The position numbers and the translations under genes are program-made. A stretch of 64,000 bases of DNA from an uncultured delta proteobacterium (lineage in GTDB: Bacteria > Desulfobacterota > Binatia > UBA9968): contig CAVTUQ010000007.1 of NCBI GenBank assembly GCA_963737905.1, forward strand, positions 320,001 through 384,000. Reading direction: 5' to 3'. Shown here piece by piece: positions 21,444-31,776 of this stretch; position 1 is the first letter of the stretch; each line of letters begins with the position of its first letter. The notes beneath the pieces are model-generated. The model searched no databases and was not told the DNA's origin. It saw only the letters and a list, made by a program, of their open reading frames with translations.

Positions 21444-22886
21444 ATGATCATGGCCCAACCAAAAACAAGGCAGAAAGCGGATCGTCACGGTTGGATCGGC
21501 ACCGAGAAGGTGAAGACCCGGTTCGGCACCTTCGAATTTAAAAACGGTTACCCCACGCTGGCAGCGGCGAACGCGCTGCTTGACCAGTTAAAATTCAACC
21601 GCGCAATCGAGGTCTATCTCACCCAAATCCCGGCTGTGGGCCTCTTCGAGTCGCGGCGTGGCGCTCGGGAGTTCGGGGCGACACGCTCCAACCAGGTCAT
21701 CATCTGGGAAACGCTCATGGACGCGAAAACACTCGTGCTCACAGCGAACACCGAGACGGTGTACGGGATGGGCTTCCTCGATGTGAAGAGCGATGGCCCA
21801 ACTGTCTTCGAAGCCCCGCCAAAAATGCTCGGGGCGGCAATGGACATTCTACAACGCTTCCTGGTAGACATCGGCCCGCTCGGACCAGACAAAGGCCAGG
21901 GCGGGAAATATCTTTTTCTGCCGCCGGACTATAAGGGCGATGCGCCGGGGGGCTATTTCGTCGTAAAGTCATCGACCTACTGTGTCAACTATTTCATCCG
22001 TGGTTTCAAAGTGGACGGGAAGACGGATCAGGCCGTGGCGCTCATGAAACAGACAAAAATCTACCCCCTGACCAAAGCAGGAGAGCCGCCGAAGATGGAG
22101 TTCCTGAACGGCTCGGGCCAGGCCATCGACACGATCCACTCAGATACCATTTCGTTCTTCGAGCAGCTTTCCGCGCTTGTGAACGAGGAACCTGCGGAAG
22201 TCTTCACGCCGCTTGAGCGGTTTTACATGCAGTCCATCGGCATCGAGAAGGGAAAGAAGTTCAACCCGGATGCGAAAACGAAGGCATTGCTCTCGGCCGC
22301 GGCGAAGGTAGCGGCTGCGATGGCGCGTGCCAACAGCTTCGCCTCTCAGGATTCGGACACGTTCTACTATAAGGATCGCCAGTGGCAGGGCGTCGGCGAT
22401 GTTCCCTATACCTTCATGAAGGACGGTGTGCTAGCGGTGGACCGCCGGGCATTCGTTTATTACATGGCACTCGGCAACTCGCCAGCTATGATGGCCAAGA
22501 ACGTCGGCGTCGGCTCGCAGTACCTCTGAACCTACAAGGATGCCAAAGGCAATTTCCTCGACGGTACGAAGAACTACAAACTGCACGTCCCACCCAAGAT
22601 TCCGATCAACAATTTCTGGTCGGTGCTGGTGTACGATTCGCTCAGCCGATCAGAGCTACAGAACGGCCAACCATTCCCCTCGGTCAGTCAGTACACCGAT
22701 CCGAAGATCAACGCCGACGGCTCGGTGGACATATATTTCGGCCCCCAGATGCCAAAAGGTCAGGAGAAGAACTGGATCAGGACCGTTCCCAAGAAAGGAT
22801 GGTTCCCGATCTTTCGCTTCTACGGCCCACTGGAACCCTTCTTCGACAAGAGCTGGAAGCTGAACGATGTCGAGCAGGTGAAATGA
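21444..22886 (+). pseudogene. DUF1254/DUF1214 protein with in-frame stop at 22527-22529
   Basis: LTANTETVY, GPDKGQGGKYL; frame continues TYKDAKGNFLDG...FWSVLVYD...FRFYGP. Confidence 0.85.
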
Positions 22887-23005
22887 ACTCCTCCGGCTAT
22901 CGTCGGTTGGAGTCACTAGCCACAGTCCATGTCGTGGAGTAGGTCTATAAGTTTTGACGGGACATTTTGCACCTTGAATCATGATTCTTAATCATTTACT
23001 TAACA

Positions 23006-23248
23006 ATGAAAATGAAGGCGGAAGAGCTTTACGAATTGCGCATCGCTGGGAGCGTTCCGCAAGAGGAGCTTGCAGCTCATCTCGGCGTGGATCGTCGCAC
23101 CGTGGGAAGATGGGAGAATGGTCAAATCAAAATCCCTTGCGCTTCGGTTATCGCGATTCGAGCGCTCCTACTCCCCTGCCCTACTGATGAAGCGTGGCGC
23201 TGCTGGCTCTCCGCTGAACCAGCAAAGAAAATCAGAGCTAGGCCGTGA
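23006..23248 (+). CDS. XRE-family HTH protein, copy 2 (intact)
   Basis: QEELAAHLGVDRRTVGRWENG signature. Confidence 0.85.
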   Translation: MKMKAEELYELRIAGSVPQEELAAHLGVDRRTVGRWENGQIKIPCASVIAIRALLLPCPTDEAWRCWLSAEPAKKIRARP

Positions 23249-23487
23249 GCCACAAGCAAGTCAAGGTAACGCGAACAATTTCAGACGACATCGTTCTTCA
23301 GATTGTGGAGAATGGAGAAGTCAAAGAACAGACGATACTCTCCGGGTCGGAAGTCATCTATTTGATTGCGGATATGCTTGCGCTGTGGCGAGCGTTGCCT
23401 CTGCTGGTGCCCGTGGGTGACTACCTGGAGGAGATTTGCGATGTTTGGGAAGGGATCTGCGAACCGGTCATCCATTACCTGATTTAA
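23245..23487 (+). CDS. Hypothetical 80-aa protein ORF80, copy 2
   Basis: Paralog of 20275..20517. Confidence 0.7.
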   Translation: MSHKQVKVTRTISDDIVLQIVENGEVKEQTILSGSEVIYLIADMLALWRALPLLVPVGDYLEEICDVWEGICEPVIHYLI

Positions 23488-23506
23488 AAAAAAGGGAAAA
23501 TCCAAC

Positions 23507-23560
23507 GAAGCCAAGCCCCAAGCACTGTCGTGATTAGCAGTTCTTGGGGCTTGTTGCTTC
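23507..23560. terminator. Hairpin between convergent genes
   Basis: CAAGCCCCAAG (23512) / CTTGGGGCTTG (23543) inverted repeat. Confidence 0.5.
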
Positions 23561-23636
23561 ACGTACGCGGACAAAAGACAGAGACGGCCAGCCGCTACGT
23601 GGATCGTTTGACGATACGAGCCTCTAGCCAGACTCG

Positions 23637-25202
23637 CTAGTTCCCCGTGGGCAGCCCGATGTTGAACCCGTCCTTCGCAAGTTGTTCTCTCAGATACTGG
23701 AGTCTCTGGTACTGCGTGACCGTGATTGGGCCCGAATAGCCTTCGCTCTGCAGTTTCCGCGGAGGGTGCTTCAGATAAGTTTGCATCAGCTCCTTGATCG
23801 CCGCGTTAATCGTCACGAGTGTCCAAGTGTGTTCCGTGTAATTGTTCATGAAGATGTCGTAGCGTTCCTGCGGATCCTGCCAGAGGTCGAAAATCTGGGG
23901 AACGGTCGCGACGTACGACTGCGCACCTTTCCAGCCAAGGTTGGAGTCGACTGCGAGGCCTCCCGTGTTCGCGCCGTCGTCACCACGCAGGTTGAAAACG
24001 GCCTTATAGTGGCCCACCCGCGCTGCGCCCGGCGTCAGCTCGTTCTCGGTAAAGTAGAACCAGGCCTTGCGCTCGGACTTGCCAGTGCCAAACAGCACCG
24101 GCGACATGTCGTAGCTATCGAAGATGATGGGCTTGCCGTCGCGATCGTTCTCCGGCAACTTCACGCCGGCGAGCGCGGCAAAGGTCGCCATGTAGTCGAG
24201 GCCGCCGACGAGATCAGCGGTCCGTGATAGAGCCCTGATGCCCGGGCCCCAAGCGATCGAAGGAACGCGGTTCCCGCCCTCGCGCACGGTGCCCTTGGTG
24301 CCTCGGAACGGCGTGTAGCCGGCGTCAGGGTAGACGTCCTGCCAGGCGCCATTGTCCGTCGTCCAGAATACGTAGGTATCCTTGTCGAGGCCGAGCGAAC
24401 GGATCTTGTCCATGATACGGCCGATCCGCGTGTCGTTCTCTACGATCGAATCCGCGTACTTCGATTTCGAGAGCGACTTGTGCTTGAAATCCGGGTGCGG
24501 CATGTTCGGCTGATGCACCTTCATGAAGTTGACGTGCATGAAAAATGGCGCCTCCGACTTCGCGTTGCTATCGAGGAACTCGAGTGCATCTTTCTCGACG
24601 TATTCATCGTAAAAGGGAATGCCCACCAGCCCCTTCTCAGGCGTGTTGACGTACTGGCCGTTGACCTTGAAGTCCTCTTTCGCCTTCTCGCCCGCCTTGC
24701 CCGACAGCGCGCCCTGAGTCACGCGCTCGAACATCGCGCGCAGTTCCGGATCCATATCTGGGAACCATTCCGGGTCGGCATAAGTGTACGCATTGAGGTG
24801 ATACAGGCCGCAGTGCCGCATTTCATCAAAGCCGTGCGCATTGGGAAGCGCATAGTCGGACTCGCCGAGGTGCCACTTGCCGGTGAAGAATGTCTTGTAA
24901 TCGGCGGTCTTGAGGACGGAGGCGAGGGTCCATTCGGCCGCCGGCAGCCCGCCGCCCTGACCCTGGAAGGCCACGGTCGTCATGCCGCTGCGATTCGGGA
25001 TGCGTCCGGTGATCATCGCCGCGCGGCCAGCCGTGCAACTCGGTTGCGCGTAGAAGGACATGAACTGCATGCCCTCGGCCGCCATCCGGTCGAGATTTGG
25101 AGTCGGCATTCCGCGATTCTCGCCGCCTCCATACACGCCCGCATCCCCATAACCGAAGTCGTCCGAGACGATGAGAACGATGTTTGACTTCTTTGGCGGC
25201 AT
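23637..25202 (-). CDS. Arylsulfatase (Cys-type)
   Basis: SDDFG, CTAGRAAMITG, GKWHLG motifs. Confidence 0.95.
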   Translation of the reverse strand: MPPKKSNIVLIVSDDFGYGDAGVYGGGENRGMPTPNLDRMAAEGMQFMSFYAQPSCTAGRAAMITGRIPNRSGMTTVAFQGQGGGLPAAEWTLASVLKTADYKTFFTGKWHLGESDYALPNAHGFDEMRHCGLYHLNAYTYADPEWFPDMDPELRAMFERVTQGALSGKAGEKAKEDFKVNGQYVNTPEKGLVGIPFYDEYVEKDALEFLDSNAKSEAPFFMHVNFMKVHQPNMPHPDFKHKSLSKSKYADSIVENDTRIGRIMDKIRSLGLDKDTYVFWTTDNGAWQDVYPDAGYTPFRGTKGTVREGGNRVPSIAWGPGIRALSRTADLVGGLDYMATFAALAGVKLPENDRDGKPIIFDSYDMSPVLFGTGKSERKAWFYFTENELTPGAARVGHYKAVFNLRGDDGANTGGLAVDSNLGWKGAQSYVATVPQIFDLWQDPQERYDIFMNNYTEHTWTLVTINAAIKELMQTYLKHPPRKLQSEGYSGPITVTQYQRLQYLREQLAKDGFNIGLPTGN

Positions 25203-25362
25203 TTTTGATTCCCCTTCTTAGAATGATAGATTTGCTTTTTGGATCTCGACGCGAATAAACTGAAACCCGGCTCCGTCAGCCGTTTGCGAGCCAACTATCA
25301 ACAGCTCGATAGCGAGTGCGACAAAGAAACACAGCCTGCATTCGCCAGTTTGGTTCGAAGAT

Positions 25363-25390
25363 TTATTCGATAGAGAATCTTATACCAAGT
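25363..25390 (-). other. dif-like site with good XerC arm and degenerate XerD arm
   Basis: Bottom strand ACTTGGTATAA-GATTCT-CTATCGAATAA; first 3 central bases same as dif. Confidence 0.45.
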
Positions 25391-25417
25391 CTACCGCCTT
25401 TAGTCAGCCGGTCAAGC

Positions 25418-25677
25418 CATTCGAATTTTTTAATTCAGACTGGATCATTATCCACACTCCCCCTTGTGGACCACTCAATATCAGGGCAGTAAGTCTGCAA
25501 GTTTTAATGGGACATTTTGCGCCTTGAATTGTGATCAACTTATTAGGTACTTGATAGTGAAAATGAAGGCGCAGGAGCTTTACGAATTGTGCATCGGTGC
25601 GAGGGTAACTACCTGGAGAAGATCTGCGGTTTTGGGAAGGGATCTGCGAACCGGTCATCCACTACCTGATTTAAGTT
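25418..25677 (+). repeat. Module copy M3 (leader plus internally deleted HTH/ORF80)
   Basis: HTH 5' end joined directly to GGGTAACTACC end sequence. Confidence 0.85.
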
Positions 25678-26098
25678 TTAGTAGCAGAGCAGTCACAAGG
25701 TCTTCACTGACTTCCTTCCACAGTACTGAGACACCCCTAATGTTGCGAGACTTATGACGAAGTTCCCGCGACTGCTTTCTAAGCCTTTGAGCGTCATCAA
25801 TGATCATCCTACTCGTGAGTTGTTGTCGTGGCATCAGCATAACCACTTCTGTAGTCTGCCCGTTGCAGTTGATCGCAGTTGCTAGATACTTTCCTCCCGG
25901 TATTTTCCTTAGTAGTCGGTCACCTACCATACACCACTCTGTCAAACTCAATCTGTTCAGCGGATGAGACTGTCACCCAAAACAGCGTCACTACCTGAGT
26001 CACGCGGCTTCACACACGATAATTGGCCCAAATTGGCATGAAGCAGCAAGGGTTATGACAGAGACAGAGATGGAGCAGGCATGGATTGATCAAAATCT

Positions 26099-26320
26099 CT
26101 AACTTTCTTGTCCGTGCACTTGCTCAGGTGCCACCCGATAGCGCCAGTCGGTTCTGTGCAGCTGGAGCAATATCGTTTCCAGTAAAAGGGGCTCGGAATT
26201 CGAGATTTTTCCGTGGGTGGTGACCAACCCGGAGTTTTGGTTGCGAACACCTGAGAGCAGTGAGATCAATACGAAAACGACAAAAAGACTTTCCACAAGA
26301 AGGCCCATAATACCCTTCAT
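26099..26320 (-). CDS. Small hypothetical membrane protein
   Basis: AAGGAG before ATG, hydrophobic N-terminus. Confidence 0.45.
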   Translation of the reverse strand: MKGIMGLLVESLFVVFVLISLLSGVRNQNSGLVTTHGKISNSEPLLLETILLQLHRTDWRYRVAPEQVHGQES

Positions 26321-26997
26321 AAAAACTCCTTATGTCCCTGTTGCGGAGAACCCTAGAATTCGTCGGACGATAAACTGACCGGGGACGGATTGCTGTCTAA
26401 TATTGGACAAAGTTGAAAAAAATTATGGTCCCTGAAAACGAGTTACTGCAGAACACGAGATAGGTCCCGCTTTCTTCACCAGTCGGCTTGTCTTTTTCGA
26501 CCTGTCCCTTTCCATCTAAGAGCATGAAAAGTTGGGGCTTTTGTACGTGGAGAAAGGAAGAAAGTAGGACAGCGCCGATGGGGTATGCTCGGCCCCTCGG
26601 CCAAACCGTTTCAGTCCATCATAAGACCTTGCCGACACGCACGGTGTTTGCGGTTCTCTAGCGCTCATACAAATCGGGATCCTCGGCGAAGGCTTTTTGC
26701 TGTGCCACCAACCGATTCGGCTGGCTTAGTGAGATCCAATTTCTCGCGGTAGGCGACCATCTCGATAAGAAGCGGTTTCTTGATTGCCATTTATTTTTTG
26801 AAAGTTGTCTAATATTAGACGGAAATTCCTAGCGGTCAGCATAAAGGTAAATTCACGGGCTAGCACACCATTCGTTCCAACACCGGCATGGCCGAATGAT
26901 TCAGACGGTAGCCGCGCCGTTTACCGCGGTTGGGGAGGTATCCGCCAATGTTGCAGAACAAAATGTCCCTTAGTGCTGGGCCTCTCCTGGTCTTGCC

Positions 26998-27351
26998 AAA
27001 GCCATCGGTCTCGCCGTTGATGCGGGCACAGGTTTTGTACCAGTGGGCGGAGTGGTACGACAGTTTGCAAAAGGTGTTCAACACGGAGCAGCAGCCGGCG
27101 AAGCCATGGCAGCAGCGACGGCGGTCAAAGAAGCGACAGAGAAGAATGCTGACACGTTGATTCAAGATGCCATTGCGAAGGGGATGAAGACTGAAGGCGT
27201 TGAGTTCCCGATGCGGTGGAAAGATATTCCTGTAGATGTAGCTGAAGAGTTTGCGAAAACGGCCATCTATCCTGCTGGGTTGTCAGCAAGCGGATAAAGC
27301 AAAAATCCTTGCGACCCGTAGTAAAGCAGGTCCAGTAGAAAGCATTATTCA
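26998..27351 (+). repeat. Copy 2 of ~360-bp direct repeat
   Basis: Matches 18512-18877 except a 12-bp deletion and a few substitutions. Confidence 0.9.
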
Positions 27352-27431
27352 GGGTGACTACCTGGAGGAGATCTGCGATTTTTGGGAAGGGATCTGCGAG
27401 CCGGTCATCCACTACCTCATTTAGGGTTATG
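27352..27431 (+). repeat. Module copy M4 (end sequence only)
   Basis: GGGTGACTACCTGGAGGAGATCTGCG...CCACTACCTCATTTAGGGTTATG. Confidence 0.9.
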
Positions 27432-27630
27432 GTACAAATCGTAGGAGAATTCAGTTCAATTAGAGCTTAACGGACCGACTTCAGCGGCCGGTTATCCCGC
27501 CTCTCGTGAGGCCGAGAATATATGTTCTCCCCTCGGTTGAAAGCCGCAGGCTCCGGATTAAGCGGGTTCGGGTCCGCCCGTCATGTTCCCCTTGCCCTTC
27601 CGCGGGACGCACCCTTCGAAGATTGCAGCC

Positions 27631-28116
27631 TCAACCGCGGCGCGCCGCCTCGATTGCAGCGATGTCGATCTTTTTCATCTGCATCATCGCATCGAACGCG
27701 CGCTTGGCGGCAGCGGGATCGGGATCGGTGATCGCTTTCGTCAGGGCGATCGGCGTAATCTGCCAGGACAATCCCCATTTGTCCTTGCACCAGCCGCACG
27801 CGCTCTCCTGGCCGCCGTTGCCGACGATCGCGTTCCAGTAGCGATCCGTTTCGGCCTGGTCAGCGGTTGCGACCTGAAACGAGAACGCTTCGTTGTGCTT
27901 GAACGCAGGTCCGCCATTGAGCCCGAGGCAGGGAATGCCCATCACGGTAAACTCGACCGTCAACACATCCCCTTTCTTCCCGGACGGAAAGTCTCCCGGT
28001 GCGCGGTGCACCGCGCCGACGGACGAATCGGGAAAGGTCTTGGCGTAAAACCGCGCCGCGTCCTCGGCGTCGCCATCGTACCAAAGGCAAATCGTGTTCT
28101 TTGCTGGCTTCACCAT
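27631..28116 (-). CDS. VOC/PhnB-like (3-demethylubiquinone-9 3-methyltransferase family) protein
   Basis: CLWYDGDAEDAARFY, LNGGP, CGWCKDKWGLSWQI. Confidence 0.9.
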   Translation of the reverse strand: MVKPAKNTICLWYDGDAEDAARFYAKTFPDSSVGAVHRAPGDFPSGKKGDVLTVEFTVMGIPCLGLNGGPAFKHNEAFSFQVATADQAETDRYWNAIVGNGGQESACGWCKDKWGLSWQITPIALTKAITDPDPAAAKRAFDAMMQMKKIDIAAIEAARRG

Positions 28117-28265
28117 GTCACTTCTCCATCGTAATGAGCCGCCCGACGCCGCGAGTAAACGATGCGCTCGCAGTCGAAGGGCATTGGCTCGGCCGACTTT
28201 CAACGGTCAATCTGCGGAAAATTCCGTACCATTCCGGCCCTGCTTCACTGTGCTTCGCATAGGCG

Positions 28266-28358
28266 GGATAAAGACCCAAGCTCAGCGACCCGGCCCACGG
28301 GACGCACCGATTGCAACCGCGACACTCACGCCGGCTTCGCTGCAGCGCATTGATAGGC
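28266..28358 (-). other. Degenerate attC site downstream of YciI-like gene
   Basis: Bottom strand GCCTATC-AATGC-GCTGCAGC...GCTGAGC-TTGGGTC-TTTATCC; L boxes intact, R boxes mutated. Confidence 0.7.
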
Positions 28359-28445
28359 TTCATTTGCGGTATCCAATCACTCTGAAATAATGCTCCGACT
28401 CCTCGTAAGGAACACCGACAGGCAAATGTATTTCATGGCCGCCTC

Positions 28446-28823
28446 CTATTGCTTGATCGCGAAATCGGCCGCGTCGAAAATCTGGCGGATTTCAATCACG
28501 TCGCCCGGGTCCGCGGGGCAGCGTTGCGCCCATTTCACGAGCTCTTCTTTCGAATTGGCCTCGACCATCCAATAGCCGCCGAGCACTTCCTTGGCTTCAA
28601 TGAAGGGGCCGTCGGTCACGGTCGGTTTGCCTTTGCCGAACGCGACGCGCGCGCCGGTGGCCAACGGATGCAGGCCGTTCAGTGAAATGATTTTAACGGC
28701 CTTTCCCAATTCCTCATTGAACTTGGTCATTTCTTCCATTTTTTTCGGATCGGGTACAAACCCCGGGTCCACTTTTTTACCACCCTGATAAACGGCGGGG
28801 ATCATCAGCATCATGAATTGCAT
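28446..28823 (-). CDS. YciI/DGPF domain protein
   Basis: VTDGPFIEAKEVLGGYW. Confidence 0.9.
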   Translation of the reverse strand: MQFMMLMIPAVYQGGKKVDPGFVPDPKKMEEMTKFNEELGKAVKIISLNGLHPLATGARVAFGKGKPTVTDGPFIEAKEVLGGYWMVEANSKEELVKWAQRCPADPGDVIEIRQIFDAADFAIKQ

Positions 28824-28943
28824 GGTATTTCTCCGTTGGTTTTATTTGTCCTGCACCCTTAGTCGTTTGGCATCCCCTAAATTCGACAGCTCGGCCAATC
28901 TTTTTTTAAAAATCTTTTTCCGGCTCTTGTTGGCTCATACTTA

Positions 28944-30219
28944 GTTCTCGCTGAAAAAGTACGGTTAAAAGATTTGGATATTAGCCGTGTTTACGAGTCT
29001 CGAAAGTTGTCATCGGCATTGAGTTGGGTTTTCATCACATGTTAGGTTTGTTGCCACAGATTGAAAGCAAAGATCGCAAAGCCGGTCCATACGGCGGTAG
29101 CCGGCGAGCCCTTGGCCAGCACTCGGCCCAGAGAGAACCGGCGCTTGAGCAGACTAATGCCCGCTTCGATGCCGCAGCGAAACCGTTGCAGCTTTTTGAA
29201 CCATTTGGCGTGTTGATGTCTTTTCTCAGCTCTACTCAACCGACCAATCTTCGGAATGCCAACCCTACGGACTCCCAGCCGACTAAGCTTTTTCACATTG
29301 TCGGCGCTGTAATAACCGCGGTCGGTGGCCAATTCTCGGGGCGCTTGTTTGAGAATTTTTTTGGCCTGGCGGACCAAAGAAATAAGCTTGGTCTTGTCGC
29401 TAGGATTGCCCCTCTCAATCTCGTAGTGAACGATCACTCCCGAGTCGTCCTGGAGCAACTGCAGGGTGCGACCAAACTCCACCGGCTTGTCGAGTTTGCC
29501 CTTGACGATGGCCCGGGCCTCAGGATCAAAGAACGAAACGATGCGCTCGGGGATCGTACGCTTTCCCGCCAGTTTGTCCTGGGTTTGCCCAACCAGGCTT
29601 TCTTGGTGGCTCTCACATGACTGACAATCTTCTGACCCAACGAACTCGCCGTGCGGGTAAGGGTGCGCACTGCTTGATGGAGGATGCTGATGTCGGTGGG
29701 GTAAGCGATATGGGCTTCCAGAGTCGTCGAGTCGATGCGAATCCGGCGCGGTTTGATCGCTCGGTGCTTGACCAAATGGCCGACCAACTGCTTGTTCAGA
29801 TTGACAATCCGCTCCTCGCCAAATCTCTGGTTGAGCTTGATCAACGTGGTGGCGTCGGGAACCGTATCCATCAAAGACAGATGGCAGAAATAGCGCCAAG
29901 GCAATCTCTCTTTAACCTCCGTCTCCACTTCTTCGTAGCTCAGTCCCCAGCGAAACTTGAGATACATCATCCGCAGGTAAATCCCCGCTGGGGTGCCGGG
30001 CCGGCCCAGGCTATCATCGAAGAGTGCTTCGAAGGGCTTGAGCACCTCGCCCTGGCTCAGAAGCTCATCCACTTTCTTGAGCTCCTCATCCAACCGGTAC
30101 AAACTGGGATCGATGAAGCCATCGCCAAAACTCATCTGCTCAGATATTGCTTTGCGCATGACTTCTTTTACATCAATCCAATATTTACACCAACAACTTT
30201 CTGATTTTTCAGTGAAAAC
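28944..30219 (-). mobile_element. IS5-like element
   Basis: 15-bp imperfect TIRs GTTCTCGCTGAAAAA / GTTTTCACTGAAAAA flanked by TA. Confidence 0.8.
29042..30159 (-). pseudogene. IS5-like DDE transposase, frameshifted and probably internally deleted
   Basis: GRP, VPDATTL, RIDST in one frame; KGKLDKPVEFG, TDRGY, RCGIEAGIS in another. Confidence 0.85.
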
Positions 30220-30290
30220 TAGTAATGCTTTTTGATTAGGCTGCCCGCGCCTCCGGCATCTCGCTCTAAACCTTCGCTGCTGGGATCTCT

Positions 30291-30348
30291 CGCCAACGGT
30301 GGAGTTCAGCCCCCGCCGAAGGCGGTCGGCTGGAGCGATTGGTTCGGC
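30291..30348 (-). other. attC site downstream of EthD-like gene
   Basis: Bottom strand GCCGAAC-CAATC-GCTCCAGC-CGACCGCCTTCGGCGGGG-GCTGAAC-TCCACC-GTTGGCG: canonical R''-L''-L'-R' layout. Confidence 0.85.
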
Positions 30349-30455
30349 GCTTTCACAGCTCGGCAACGACTCCCGGCTCCTTCGATTTTCCTCCGATTTC
30401 TATAACCGCTTTCTGTCGCCGGCGGGGCGCCGTCGGCTCGCGTGGCGTTCCTTCC

Positions 30456-30806
30456 TCACCCCTTCAGCGGGACTTCCTCGGTCACCATAAAGACACAGTT
30501 GGGCAGGTCGAGAAACTTCTCCTCGTCGGGCCGGATCACCTCCAGGTAGCGCGGTTCGGCGAGGGCGCGTCTCACGTCATCGAGGCTCTCGCCCCATATC
30601 TCCGCTATTCCGTCGAACTGGGAGGCCGCGCCGGGCGTGCCCGAAAACGCCTCCGCGACCGCATGACACTGGACGTACCTGCGGACGTAGCGCATGACCT
30701 CCGGCACTCCCAGTATCAGGGGCCCATGCACGTCCTTCCAGTAGCGATGAAACTCCGCGGGACTCATCCCCGGCTTGCGCTTAAGCAACACTGAGACCTT
30801 GATCAT
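30456..30806 (-). CDS. EthD domain protein
   Basis: LKRKPGMSPAEFHRYWKDVHGPL, FDGIAEIW; GGAGG upstream. Confidence 0.9.
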   Translation of the reverse strand: MIKVSVLLKRKPGMSPAEFHRYWKDVHGPLILGVPEVMRYVRRYVQCHAVAEAFSGTPGAASQFDGIAEIWGESLDDVRRALAEPRYLEVIRPDEEKFLDLPNCVFMVTEEVPLKG

Positions 30807-31206
30807 TGCACTACCTCCGTTGATCGCTCTTCGTACCCGGCACCAGCCTGTCGCCCCACTCTCGCCCCAGGCGTCGAACCAGTGAGTATACTGACCTTCT
30901 CGTATGTGTCCTTTCCATCTCTCACGTCCGTTTCTGCAATATAAGTCGAAGTTAATTCTGTAAGTGCAACCACTTAATACAGAAACCTTTGTCCGAGGAG
31001 GTATACGTCTCGGGCACGTCGAAATCGAGAGATCCGCAATTTTGGTCATTGCCGATCACTTCGCATTGAAAAGCTGCCCGGTTGCTACGCTGGCTTCGTA
31101 CCGAAGGCGAATAAAGCGCGATTCAGTTTGTGAAATCCATCGGGCTTCTTGAACGTTTGAAATTTTTGAAACAGTTCGCTCTTGGCTTGTTCGAGCAAAT
31201 CCGGAG

Positions 31207-31776
31207 TCATCTTTTCGAGTTGGCGCCGGGCGGGATCGGGAACGGCGCCTGATTTTTGACCGGCGGAATACTTCGCAGGTACGCCCACATTGCCTTCAAG
31301 TCGGCCTCACTCAAGTCCTTCATGTTAAACCACGGCATCGGCGGCAAAACATCGCGACCGTCGGGTTGACCTTGGTGTTTGCCGGTTCTTGCCATCTGGA
31401 TAAACGTTGCTTCGCTCCACTCTCCGATGCCAGTTTCCTTGTCAGGCGTTAAGTTAATGCCAAAGCTTACGCCCCAGGGACCCGCCCAGGCGGTCAACAT
31501 ATCGTTCGTTGTGGCGAGCACGTTCCGTTTGGCGTCTTCCGGGGTCCACACGGGAGGCGGCGCATTCTCCGGATGGCCGGAAAGCAAACGTTTTGCGTCA
31601 GGCTCTGGCGCGCCGCCGGGTCTCGGCACCTTCGGTGTGTGACAATCGTTGCATCCACCAAGGGTTACCAAGTATTTGCCGCGCTCGACGGAAGCCTCGT
31701 TTAGTGGCGCTTCTCGTCCGCACCCAAATACCGCTACCAATAGCATCGCTGAGACGATGATCACCAATAGATTCAT
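31207..31776 (-). CDS. c-type cytochrome lipoprotein
   Basis: Lipobox VFGC, GCNDCHTP, NLTPDKETGIG, PPMPW. Confidence 0.9.
   Translation of the reverse strand: MNLLVIIVSAMLLVAVFGCGREAPLNEASVERGKYLVTLGGCNDCHTPKVPRPGGAPEPDAKRLLSGHPENAPPPVWTPEDAKRNVLATTNDMLTAWAGPWGVSFGINLTPDKETGIGEWSEATFIQMARTGKHQGQPDGRDVLPPMPWFNMKDLSEADLKAMWAYLRSIPPVKNQAPFPIPPGANSKR

Larger units (their letters stand above)
22910..23487 (+). repeat. Module copy M2 (partial leader, intact HTH and ORF80)
   Basis: Collinear with M1. Confidence 0.9.

Noticed and set aside
22527-22529. In-frame TGA in the DUF1254/DUF1214 gene as a second selenocysteine
   Set aside because: Context SQYL*TYKD fits a TGG-to-TGA change, no redox Cys is expected there and I see no SECIS-like hairpin; likely nonsense mutation or error
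19913-23487. Diversity-generating retroelement TR/VR pair
   Set aside because: No reverse transcriptase in the window, and differences between copies are not adenine-specific
25655-25951. 98-aa ORF and TTATGACGAAGT XerC-like motif at 25752
   Set aside because: No recognisable family or RBS; the motif needs an extra base to fit
26314-26338. CATAA-N7-TTATG as a dif-like site
   Set aside because: Spacer is 7 bp and it is simply the RBS-ATG of the 26320 gene
31085-31205. 67-aa ORF overlapping the cytochrome c gene
   Set aside because: At best a 3' remnant of a lost gene; cannot assign
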